Shown one piece after another: positions 52,747 to 64,000 of a DNA stretch of 64,000 nt (the first letter of the stretch is position 1; every line of letters starts with the position of its first letter). A program made the translations under genes and the position numbers. The notes beneath the pieces are model-generated. The model worked only from the letters and a program-made list of their open reading frames with translations. It did not search any database and had not been told where the DNA came from. The stretch comes from the human T2T-CHM13v2.0 reference genome, Homo sapiens, in the NCBI RefSeq assembly GCF_009914755.1, contig NC_060933.1; one strand, given 5' to 3'.

Positions 52747-54284
52747 AGTAGGAAATCTGAGTTATTCATATTAATGTGAGTTCCTTTGTTTACACAAGCT
52801 GTTATAATATCTGGGTTACCCAAGCTAAACTCCCACAGTTCTAGACTGCCAGAAATTAGGGTGGCTTTTCTTTTTTTTTCTTTTTTTTTTTTTTTTCCCA
52901 GTTGATTTGCTCTTAGAGAGTTCCAGGAGAAAACATGCTTCCTTCGGGATGTTGGTTGGGAAAAGCAAGAAGTTGGTTCGATCTCAATTTTCAAAAGATC
53001 CAGTGTTTTTAAAGCAGATTTACTACTCCACACAAGAATGCTCTCCCAAAGGCATTTCTAGCCTAAAACCCCAAGTAGTTCTTAAGAGCCAGAGTTTCCA
53101 GAGAACAACAATGAAGTTGTCATCCTGTGTTGATAAATCGACTGCTGGGAGCTCTGGAGGCTTGGTGGGGAAAGCCAGTCATCATAACTGGGTAGTGAAA
53201 GTCCCTGGGACCATCAATGCCGAAAACCAGTAGCTTCTATTAATAAATCAATACCTTCCCATAAGAACTTTATTTTTTTGTTATTGTTGGTTTATGGAAG
53301 AAATCTTAAAGAAAGAAAGTGTGGGGAGTGGGCAATGTCAGATCTGTCTAGACCATGAAATCCACCTGACATTATGATTCTTAAGGACCATTTGAGCTAT
53401 CCCCTTTGAAAGATCTCATTAAAAGTGGAGCTCTCAACAGCTTTGAATTTCACATGGCATGAGCCTCCCTTTGGAGAGCTAACAATGGTCTAGATGCCAG
53501 AGAATCCCAAATGCTGAGCAGTTTCCTTGGTGTCCACAGCTAAAGCTACTTTCTCAAGGTCTCTGCAAATCGCATTACTTTAGCTACGGATTTCTGATTA
53601 TGATCCCCCTGGAAGAGGTTTCTCCTAAGTTTCCAGCCCTAGAAACAAGTGGCAGTGACTGCACAATTCTGCCTCTGAAAGGGAATGCTCATCTTACCTG
53701 CCTGGAGCAGCATTCTCAGTCTAAGGGTGCTGGGAGGGGAGGGGAGATGGGCTATTCATTCAGACTCGAAGACAGCCAGAGTGGGACTGATCCAAGCATC
53801 CAGGAGGAATGACAGCTTAATTCCCGGCACCCCACTGGGAAGCCATGGCAGGGGTTAATTAATTTCCTCTCCAGCGGTTCCCTGGGAGAGTTTGCATTGG
53901 TTCATAGCTGTGTGAACCCGCAACACTCCCTGCATGAAGCCTGGCAAAAGAGGCAAAATGAGCTTGTATGTGGTTGCTCTGCTGGTATCTTTGTTTCTCC
54001 ATTTCTGGAGATAAGTCAGGTAACTCATTGACTATGCTTGGAAGGGACTATGCCAGGGCAGTCCTCAGGGAAACTGCAAAATAGCCTAGGTTTTCCTCTG
54101 GCTTGTCAAGACAATCCTTTTAGGGCCCATCCTCCTACCTCTCTCAGATCTTTGTCCTACCAAATTAATAAAGGTGAAACTTCAGATAATAATTAAAAAT
54201 TTTTAATCATCTATTGTGTTTTTCAATAAACATATAAATGTCTAACCTATGCCAGAAGCTGGTAAGAAGCGATGTAATAAGGGA

Positions 54285-54500
54285 AGTAACATTTACTAAG
54301 CATCTAATATACATCATATATTGTGCTCATTTATACTCATAACTCTCTGGAGAACATACTCCTACTAGTCCCATTGTTTAGAGAAAAGTGAGGCTCAGAA
54401 AGGTTAAATAATTTCTCCCAGCATCATACAACTAGTAAGTTATGGATAAATCAAGAATTTGAACCTGGTCTGTTGGACTCCAAACCTGTGCTTTTTCTGT
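54285..54500 (-). mobile_element. MIR SINE
   Basis: taacatttactaagcatct...gaaaagtgaggctcagaaaggttaaataatttctcccagcatcatacaactagtaagt. Confidence 0.85.
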
Positions 54501-54504
54501 ATTA

Positions 54505-54750
54505 GTCATGAGCTTGAAATCTGGAATTAAAAAATAAAAATTAAAAAAATCCCTAGATTTAAATTCTGGCTTTGCTACTTAGCAATTGTATGACTTCGGG
54601 AAAATTATGTAAATTCTCTGAGTGTTTTCATCTTTAAAAAGGGATGACAAAAATGGTACCTATTCACAGGATTAATGAAGATTAGATAATGTTTATACAT
54701 TGTTTAGTACAGTACTTGGTACATAAAAAGTTCTCCAAAAGTGTTAACTG
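54505..54750 (+). mobile_element. MIR SINE
   Basis: cctagatttaaattctggctttgctacttagcaattgtatgacttcggg...tagtacagtacttggtacata. Confidence 0.8.
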
Positions 54751-55329
54751 TACACAATTATTTTTCCATGCTCTTCTCAAGGAGCTTGCTCTCTAACAGC
54801 AATTTCCACACTAACATTCTTCCCATCTCTAAAACTTCAATATTTGTGAATTGACTTTGAAAGATTATTTCCCCTGCAGCAAAAATCTCAGATAAAGTGC
54901 TCTTTGAGTCACTTAGGGTCATAAAATTGGCCTAATCAAGGTGTAATCACCATGTTTTCCGGACCTTTTTTTTTTTTTTGCAGGACAGACAAGACCTTTG
55001 GATCTCTTACTTCCATTCATAAAAACATCTATTATTGCTTTTAGCTTATAAAATATCATTGATGATCTCCTTAGTAAGTATGTAGTTTATATACTTACTG
55101 TTTCTGCGGACATAAAAATATCTCAAAGGGTTTTGCACAATCACATGCAACTTCAAGATCCTGATTCACTTTTTCCTATAAATAAGTTCATAAATGGTGC
55201 CTTCCCGTGCCAGCATGATTTATGGGACCATAATCCTCACCAGGGATAAGTACACTATAGGAGGTGAGTGCCTAAGACCAGAAGTGAGGTGTAACTGCAC
55301 AGCTAGTCCAGAAAGCATTCCGACAGTAT

Positions 55330-55720
55330 CTGGAGAAACTAAGAGAGTTTATTCCCTATGGCTAGGTAATTACATTCTCTGGCATATATCTAAAAAAATT
55401 ATCATATGGATCCACCAGGGGCCACCTAAGAGAATGTTCAGTGTGGCCTCCTTGTGGCAGTAGAGAATTCAGGGCAAACTAGATATCCATTAAGACGGGA
55501 AAAGAAGAGTAAAATGTGGTGGTAAGTGCCCTCTAAGGGATGCTATGCAGTGGGTAGATGAAATGAATTTGATTTAATTTTAGTTGTGTGGATAGATCAT
55601 AAAAGAAATTTGAAGTGAAAAAAAGAGTGAGGTTTCCAGAACAAAACCAACTATACTTGAGGCAGCATGTCTTATTTTAGGAGGGTACACACATGTTTAT
55701 GAACAGTTCAAACATATTAG
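55330..55720 (+). mobile_element. Very old L1ME 3' fragment
   Basis: gtaattacattctctggcatatatct...agaatgttcagtgtggcctccttgtggcag...aaaatgtggtgg. Confidence 0.55.
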
Positions 55721-55829
55721 AGGATCCTGGCATTGACCCATGAAGATAAGATGCTATGCACAGAGGGGTAAGATGAACTCAACTTTCCGCAGCTCAGGTC
55801 CAACCAAACCAAAGCAAATAAGGGAGAGG

Positions 55830-56270
55830 TGCAGATCAGTTGCAATAGGCATGTGGAGGAAAGTGTGAATATCCTAATTTTAGAAGATCAAACAAATTTT
55901 CATGAAAGTGTTGGAATTCCAGCTGCTAGAAGAGCAGGATTAGGTGGTTGAAGATGGGAAAGGTCTATGAAGTCAGAGGTAACTGTTTAAGCAAAGACTC
56001 TAAAAGAAGCCAGAAGTTAATCAGGAAAGGATGCAATGAGCATGGTAGACAGAGATTGGGATGAAGTGGGTGAGAAGGCCAAGAAGATGGACAAAGGCTG
56101 GGGCTGGGGAGGCCTGGAAAGTTGCACTAAAGACTATTTTGTAGACAAGGGGCAGCCAGTGAATGTTTTAAATTGGGAAGATATATATATATATTTAAGA
56201 AAGATATTCTGAGAGCTGAGTTAAAGGTGGATGGGGAGAGAGGTGACTACAGTCAGATACATCTTGTAGA
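55830..56270 (-). mobile_element. L2 fragment
   Basis: aactgtttaagcaaagactct...ggaggcctggaaagttgcactaaag...gtagacaaggggcagccagtgaatgttttaa. Confidence 0.65.
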
Positions 56271-56277
56271 GGAGGAA

Positions 56278-56618
56278 TCATTAACATCAGAATCACATGG
56301 ACACTTATTAGAAATGCAGATTCCTAGAGCCTAATTCAGTCCATTGTATCAGAAGGGATCCAGATAGAGCCCTGGAATGTATATTTTTAAACCAGCCTCC
56401 AGGTGGCACTTAGTTCAACTGGGATTAAGAACTATGTCATTATTAACCTCAGCTGCATATTATTATAGAATCAGTTGGGAAGACTTTTAAATTCCTGATA
56501 CGGGGGCTGCTCATCAGACAAACTGCATTGAAATCTCTGGGCCTGGGGCCTGGGCATCAGTATTTTTTTGAAGCTCCTTGATTAATTCCAACATGCAGCC
56601 AAGGTTGAGAACCACTGC
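56278..56618. mobile_element. Two adjacent MER5 hAT elements
   Basis: catcagaatcacatggacacttattagaaatgcagattcctag... and ...atgcagccaaggttgagaaccactg. Confidence 0.85.
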
Positions 56619-57499
56619 ACTGCAAAGAGCCTTTCTTAGAAAACTCAAGAGCCAGCAAGACTTCCCCTCATTCTATCTTCATTTAATCTCCAGCTAATTT
56701 GATTCTCTACTTAATTAGATCAAAGCCTCAGGGTCTAAATCACTTATATTAAAAATATAAATTACCCAATCTTTTATTTGAAGAACCCCCCAGCACACAG
56801 TATAGTGCTTTTCCATCCCTAGTCTTGGGCAATTGACATTTGATTATCATAAGAGGTCTAAAGTCAGAATTAAATAAAAGTAGCAAGATCCCTGCTCTAG
56901 TTTCTTCTGGTGAAAAGAAACAATAACAGGTGGTAGAACAGTCCACATGCCTTGATATTGAGTATACCCTGAAATCATCTACATTCAAAATATTGGATGC
57001 ATATACCAATTAAGGTGAAAGGAATGGGTTTGAAATAAAGTACAAACTGGATTTGTAACCCTGAGTAGCATTAAGGCATATAAATCATGCCTTGAAATTT
57101 TATTATTTATTAGTCAGTGAACAGACTTCTGCTTTAAAATGGTACCTGGCTAGAGTTTCCTGGGGTATTCTCCCAGCTTCCCTTTAAAATTTCTAAGAAG
57201 AAAAAGAAAAGCAAGAAAACTTGAAAGCTCACACCACCCAAAAGAAAGATTATCAACCCAGTGCCAGAATCTGGGAAGACTTTCCCTTAAATAGAAATTA
57301 TATATAATTTATTTTTAATATATGTAATGTATTTTAACACCCAACTGACATCCCCTAATGAAATGTAGTTGATCTTTTAATATATAAGCAAATGTCTATC
57401 AATATAGATTCTAAAATTAATACTGGATGCTGAAACTGATAAACAGGATAGTTTAAAGATGATAAATATTTAGGATGTTGATTTTTAAAATATGTAACC

Positions 57500-58070
57500 C
57501 AATAGAGAGACATACAAAAAATAACTGAATAATTAGAGACACTAAGTTCTTAAACAGAATATTCTGTGTATCTACTGAAAGTTATTTGTAAATTCAATGA
57601 CTTATCTACAGAAGTCCCAAGAGGGTTTTTGTTTTGTTTTGTTTTTAAATATGGCAAAATGATCCTATCGGTTGAAAGAATAATCAAAGGGGCAATGCCA
57701 AGAAAATACTGACAAGGAAGACTTTCCCTATCAGACTTTAAGATTTATCAAAGAATTATAGTAATCAAATAGAAGTAGCACAGGAATAGAATCAATGGAA
57801 TAGGACAGAGTGTGTGTAAATATGAAAATTTAACACATGGTTAAATGAGGTATTTCAAATTATCAGAGAAAAAGATTGAGCTGGGTTTTTTTTTGGGAAA
57901 ACAAAAGTAAGCACTCCTTCCATCTTTCCACTAAGTAGAACTCTGGACAAATAAAGGATTTAGATGCTCAAACATGATAAAATGTCTTTTAAGCATGTCA
58001 TGAAAACCAGAAATCAAAGAATAAAGACCAATAAATCTGATTACCTATAAGTCTTAGACTTCTGTATGGA
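57500..58070 (+). mobile_element. Old L1M ORF2 fragment
   Basis: tgtaaattcaatgac...ttccctatcagactttaagattta...aatcaatggaataggacagag. Confidence 0.65.
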
Positions 58071-58679
58071 AGAAAGAAGAGAAAATACTGCCATAAACCA
58101 ATATCTCTGGGCATCAGGTAAGGCACTATTCTTTAGAGACTCAAATCCATTTGACTGAAGCCCGATTCCAGATCCTTTGGTACTCTTCATCCCTTCTCCA
58201 AGATTACTGTACACATTCAGGGGCTCACATGCTCATGGCCACTCCTCACCTTTCTCAAAAAATCCTTGTTCTAAATTAATTTATAGGTTGGTTACTTTTC
58301 TTTGATTTTCCTAAAATCTCATTCAAAATATTTATTTAACAGAGTTTATTGAAGGTTTAGAATGTGAAAAGAAATGCCAGCAATATCAAATTGAATATCA
58401 GGTAGCTTTATCCTAAGAACTCCTTTGTATAGCCCATTTGGAATATATTATTAACAATATTTTTCTGCAGGCTTTAGTTTCTTGCCATGTTGTCTATCCC
58501 TGTCTCTCACAGTATTTTTTTTCACATCCTCTCATTTCTCTACTTTTTCTAACTCTCCACATTTCTATTTGATTATTAAATGCAGAAAAATAGAGAACAC
58601 CTGGATCAAGTAAAACAGCACCATTGACATTTTAGGAAACACACACAGACAGACACACACACGCATGCACACACACACT

Positions 58680-59450
58680 ACATCTTTTCCCATCACAACC
58701 ACTACTCCACTGCTAGAAATAAATAATATTCTAAGATTGCTAGTAACTACATTCGTGTTTTTCTTTATAGTTTTATTACCTAGGTATACATCCGTAAACC
58801 ATGTAAATTAGTTTCTTTTTGAACTTTTTATTAATGGAATATTGGATATGTTCTTTTTGTCTCAGTTTTCTTCCCCAGCTCATGTTGATAAGATTTGTCC
58901 ATGCTGGAACATGTAATTTTAATGTATTCATGTTCGCAGCTGTATAGTTTTCATATTACAATTATTCATCTATTTTACTGTTGATGGCTATTTGCATTGT
59001 TTCCAGTTAGGGGAAATTATAAACAATGCTTCAATGTATATGACTGTATATATACCTTAATATAATAACTATTATTTATACACACATTTTTCTGTGTCCC
59101 TACACTAGGCATTTATAGTCCAATCAGTGATTTAGGAGAATTTCTGATATTCCACATCTTCAAAAACATTTGGCATCAGCAAACATCTAAGTGTGTTTTT
59201 ATTGATGTTTTAATTTATATTTATCTGATTACTCATTAGATTTTAGGAAATTTTCGTGTATTTATTGACCATTTGGATTTCTTCTTTTGTGAAGTGTCTG
59301 TCTAAATCTTTAGTCTGTTTTTTAAATTGGTTGTCTGCCTTTTTCTCTCAATTTGTAAGTTATTCATATATATACTCAATACTAATCCTTTATCAATTAT
59401 ATGTATTGCAAAAATCTCCTACTTTTCTCTTATTAGTGTGTCTTCCATTT
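58680..59450 (-). mobile_element. Old L1ME 3' region
   Basis: ttattcatctattttactgttgatggctatttgcattgtttccagtt...tttattgaccatttggatttcttcttttgtgaagtgtctg. Confidence 0.8.
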
Positions 59451-59639
59451 AATGTTTTCCAGCCTGCCTATGAGTTTGGCTAGCCCTTTGCTTCACAGTT
59501 TCCTGATGAACTGCTCCCTCACTCTTTATCATCTAAGTGACTCCTCAAGATATTCTCTGAAGCAAAATTAATTTCCCACTTAAAATAGTCTCATGGCATA
59601 CATTAAAATAACAAAAAAACCTTACCCATTATACAAGAT

Positions 59640-60115
59640 TAAAAGAAAAAAAAATTTTTTAACTTAATTCATATGATAGCTACTGTCCATGGTATACAAA
59701 AAAAAGGTTATATAAAACCATAAGAAAAAGTCAGAGACAACTTAAAAATGGGCAAAAAACATGAACAGGCAAATAATAAAAGAAGAAATACCAAAGGTCA
59801 ATAAACATACAATATCTGTTTAATAGCATTAAGCGAATATAATATAAATATAATTTGATATAAACGTTCATCTATGACAAAGCTTGACCAAACTCTATAC
59901 TTATGATAGTGTGAAAAAGAAGGGCTACCATGAACAGTTAATGGAAGTAATGCATTTGAACTTGCTGGAACACTATTTGACAATATGTATAAAAAATCAA
60001 TGTAATCTTTGAATCTGAAATCCATCTTTTTACAGTTTACCTTAGGGAGATACCTGCCTAGCTGTGAAAAGAAATAAGTAGAAGGCTTTCACTGCAGCAT
60101 TATTAATAGTAATGA
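59640..60115 (+). mobile_element. Old L1ME ORF2 3' fragment
   Basis: aaaaatgggcaaaaaacatgaacaggcaaa...ggtcaataaacata...ttcactgcagcattatt. Confidence 0.7.
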
Positions 60116-60199
60116 AGTGAAGTGAAATGCCCCACAGCCCCCAAGGCTGGTGACTGTCTCCACAGGACTGCACTTGCATTTTCTAACTAGTGAGTTTCA

Positions 60200-60530
60200 A
60201 AATAATGCCACATAGGCTGGATATTTTGCTGGCCCAACATATGTAATTGATTTTTTTAAATGTGAATTTATCGCCTTTATTTAAAAATCAGTGGATTCCA
60301 CTTTAAAATCGGGATTTAGGACTTATCTAGAAAAATCAGATTCAGTGGCTCTGAGCCATTTATATTTTCTCATAATAACAATCAGCTAGAATTAAATATA
60401 AACTCCCCTACAGTTTGCCATTTTCTTATGTCAGGCCTAGCTAATACACCACTTTAGTTTATAGTGCATAGGATAATAATTCATTACATTCTGCCAAGGA
60501 GGCCTGCAAAGGATTTGCATTTTCCCACCT
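60200..60530. mobile_element. MER102-like hAT-Charlie element
   Basis: ttaaaaatcagtggattccactttaaaatcgggatttaggacttatctagaaaaatcaga...aacaatcagctagaatt. Confidence 0.6.
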
Positions 60531-60539
60531 TTTAAAATA

Positions 60540-61100
60540 ACTTTATTTTCCTAATTATAAAAGTAAAGCAAGCTCACTGTGGAAAAGTTGAAAACATGAA
60601 AATGCATAAAAAAACAAATAATAGTAACATCATCCCCTCCTAAAAACAACACTTGTGGAATTGGCATATATATTCTTTCAATTCCTTTGTCCATGCATAT
60701 ATGCCTTGTATAAAGTAGAAATCATGCTTATATTCTGATATTTTCTAGCATTATATAAACAAGGCATTGCATAATTTTCATTTTTAATGACTACATAACA
60801 TTCCATTATATGGATGTAACATAATTTACACAGCCCTTCTTCTAATGTTGAACATTGGATTAGGTTGTCTCTGTTTTATGTGATGGGGGGATTCTTTTTG
60901 TTTTATTGCAGTAAATAGTAAATAATACTGGAATGAAGATCTCATACTATAGTTTAGAATTTCTATATTACTTGGATAAGAGATTTCTAGAAATGAAATT
61001 TCAGAATGAAAGTATATGAGCATTTTTAAGTTCCTTTATATAGAGAGGATTGCCAAATTGTTTTCCAAACTTAGTTGGATCAATGTATATTCTCACAATA
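60540..61100 (-). mobile_element. Old L1MC/ME 3' region
   Basis: tttcctaattataaaagtaaagcaagctcactgtggaaaa...ttccattatatggatgtaacataattt...ttgccaaattgttttccaaa. Confidence 0.8.
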
Positions 61101-61231
61101 GGAAAAGAGTCCCCTTCCTAAATGTATATGTTTTCCCATAGACATAAATAGTTTAGGGCCATTTTCACCATTGTAGTTTCTAAAGCCCATTTAATTCTGC
61201 TAATTGGGATGATGTATTTTCTCTCTCTCTC

Positions 61232-61532
61232 TTTTTTTTTTTTTTTTTTTTTTGAGACTGGGTCTCACTCTGTTACCCAGGCTAGAATGCAGTGGCACAA
61301 TCACAGCTCACTGCAGCCTTGACCTCCCAGGCTAAGGTGATACTCCCAGCTCACCCTCCCGAGTAGCTGACACTACAGGCATGCACCACCATGCCCAGCT
61401 AATTTTTGTATTTTTTAGAGAGACAGGGTTTTACCGTGTTGGCCAAGCTGGTCTTGAACTCCTGGCCTCAAGTGATCTGCCCACCTTGGCCTCCCAAAGT
61501 TCTGGGATTACAGGCATGAGCCGAGCCAGGCC
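61232..61532 (-). mobile_element. AluJb-like
   Basis: acaatcacagctcactgcagccttgacctcc diagnostics; TSD taattgggatgat (61201-13) / taattggggtgat (61534-46). Confidence 0.95.
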
Positions 61533-62298
61533 ATAATTGGGGTGATTTTTCATATCGACAATAACATTACCTTTGTCAGTGAGGACATAAACAAACCAAA
61601 AGCCAGACCATCAAACAAACACAAGCAGGATTGGTTCAAAGAGACCAATATCATTTCTCAGGTTAGACCAACAGTCACTCATGAATGTAAAGGTGAAAAA
61701 TGAAAAGGTACCTGAAACACTAACCCTGACATCACTGTCCCTGCAAATCCTTATTGCACAAAGACGAGAGGGCTATCTCCCAAGAAAAAGATGCTGAAGA
61801 TTTCCCTTCCCCTTGGCTGCATCAAACAGAGTAAAAGGTGGTTACAAAACACCCCACTTGTAAAGGCGGTCATTTCCAGATGTTGTAGCCCCAGGTACCA
61901 AGGCTCCACACCAGATGTGATCCCCAGGGATTGAGGGGGTGAGAGAGCTTGGAGCACACAGCTGCAGATGATGAGGTCATCAGCACAATTTGGGGAAAGG
62001 ATGAGTTCACTCGGGAAAGGGGGAAAAAAGCATGTCACTTTTCTTTTTTCTTGTTTGAAGTCACTAAGCTTCAGGGTTCAGGAGTGAATTGTTGCTCTGA
62101 CTTTATTCTTTGGAGGCGGGTGGCTGCCTGCCAGAGGCAGCTGCACACAGGTCATTTGCATTGCATGCAGTCTCTGGTTTTAGAGGGAAGCTCTTCCTTT
62201 CCTTAGATCATCTGCTTCTTTAGAGTCAGAGCCACTGCCTCACACAGACTGTATTCGCCCTTTAATCTTTTCCCTACCCCTCCCTTTCCCTGACTTAC

Positions 62299-62364
62299 TC
62301 CGTGCAGTTTAACAAGCTTCCCAGACAGGTCCAGCAGGCTCATCCCAATAGCTTTGAAAGCCAG
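62299..62364 (-). other. Candidate 66-nt exon (unassigned transcript)
   Basis: Minus strand: ttcctcctttgtccgccAG | 66 nt | GTAAGT followed by four G-runs; frame 0 open (LAFKAIGMSLLDLSGKLVKLHG). Confidence 0.35.
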
Positions 62365-62455
62365 CTGGCGGACAAAGGAGGAATTATTTCATATACTCAT
62401 GGCTGGGTGGGTGTTGGGGAGAGGCAATTTGTGGAACACATGGGGTCCCCTCGCA

Positions 62456-62489
62456 TCTCTCTCTCTCTCTCTCACTCTCTCTCTCTCTC
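62456..62489. repeat. (CT)n microsatellite (one interruption)
   Basis: Seen directly. Confidence 0.9.
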
Positions 62490-63104
62490 CACCCCCACCC
62501 CCTTCTCTCTCCCCAAGCCATCCACCCCGAGGTGCCAATACCTAGATACTTAGTAGCCTGGGTTTCGGCTGGGTCTGACCTTCTGAAGCACAGTTAAGAT
62601 TGCTAAACTTCCAACTGGCTCTGGCAAACCTGGTTGTGCCATGAGAAATCAGTTTCTCAGAAAGAGGAGCAAATTCTCTTTTGTGTATGGGCACATTCTT
62701 GGAGTTTCACCAAGGTGATGCCGAGGCTAAAAGGGGTGTGGATCAGGCTGTCCAATGTGGGGAAACTTGCTTTTAGTTAAATGAGGCACCTCTTTTTTTT
62801 GGATGGTGCAGGAAAAATAGAAAAGAAACAGAAGGTAGACTAGGTAGGGGACAAGGATGTATGGACCTTTTTCTACAGAGAAAAAGTTGTTTCTAACCAG
62901 CCTATTGCTTATTAACTAACAAGAATGTTTCAGGTGTCATTTTATTTTATTTTTTTTCTCTCTCCAGTTAGGGATGATTTCAGCCATTACTTTAGAAATG
63001 ATACCAAATGGAGAGCAAGTGGTCCATTTCAACTTCATCTGTGAAACTCAGGCGGGATAGAGTCCAGTCTGAGTCTAGGAACCAATAAAAAGAACAATTA
63101 GAGA

Positions 63105-63210
63105 GGTGTATTAGTCACTGTTGAGCACCTATGTGCTGAGACAGGCACTGTATATTACTAAACCCAAAGATGTTCTTCCCATCCTCAGAGAGCCTAGCAA
63201 TCAATAAAGC
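63105..63210 (-). mobile_element. L2 3' fragment
   Basis: ttgagcacctatgtgctgagacaggcactgt...cccatcctcagagagcctagcaatc. Confidence 0.55.
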
Positions 63211-63511
63211 AGAGAGCGGCTTAATAATATCAGATGGACTTTGCTTCTTAACCATTGGCATCTGGGGGGTGTCCTAATTCTTATTACTAATGTTGCTATG
63301 AGGCATCTTGAGAGTGTTTTAAATTTTTAATCCTTTTAGAGTGGGAGAATCTCTATTAACTAGAATTCAAATAGCAGGATTTTCAATATTTTTCAATTCA
63401 CTTTGAGAATAAAGAAAAAAGGAGAAAAAAGTAACAATAGGTTTTTTAAAATAATGTTTCAAGAGCTATCACAATCTCCCAAGCATTCTGATATTCTGAT
63501 ATCTGGGTTTC

Positions 63512-63832
<321 letters not shown>

Positions 63833-63894
63833 TGATATCTGGTTTTCATAATGAATATAGTCAGATCCTTCAAATAAGAAACAAAAATACTTTT

Positions 63895-64000
63895 CCTTAC
63901 CAACCATTTATACTAGATACCGGTTAACACTGACACATACCTTATTGTGTTTAATCTTCATAATAACCTTAAAAATATAGATATTATCTCCATTCCACAG
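63895..64000 (-). mobile_element. MIR SINE (runs off the window end)
   Basis: tttaatcttcataataaccttaaaaatatagatattatctccattccacag. Confidence 0.6.

Overview
This is primate (human-like) nuclear DNA: AT-rich, CpG-depleted and non-coding, either intronic or intergenic. I recognise no host protein-coding gene, RNA gene, CpG island or CRISPR array. Every long ORF comes from LINE-1 ORF1/ORF2 remnants or Alu, or is a chance ORF. Roughly half or more of the window is interspersed repeat. It holds an ~18 kb nested retroelement stack at ~20,990-39,350: an old near-full-length L1MC carrying a MaLR LTR, a hAT MITE, Alu monomers, an AluJ and an L1PA3, followed by an L1MB 3' end that hosts a full-length L1PB1, which in turn hosts an ERV1 solo LTR. 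Elsewhere there are a MER5>L1MA>AluSc/AluY nest, an L1PA6, several Alus, and many MIR, L2, MLT1 and MER relics. The most unusual structure not explained by repeat families is a set of short local duplications. These are a ~225 bp inverted repeat (16,840-17,699, ~88% identical), a donor at ~1,595-1,812 apparently copied twice, a duplicated MIR, and a duplicated unique 131 bp segment. There is also a well-formed candidate 66-nt in-frame minus-strand exon at 62,299-62,364. I see no evidence for a new multi-gene system. Repeat subfamily names come from recalled consensus features and need RepeatMasker/Dfam confirmation, boundaries of old repeats are approximate, and identities were counted by hand.
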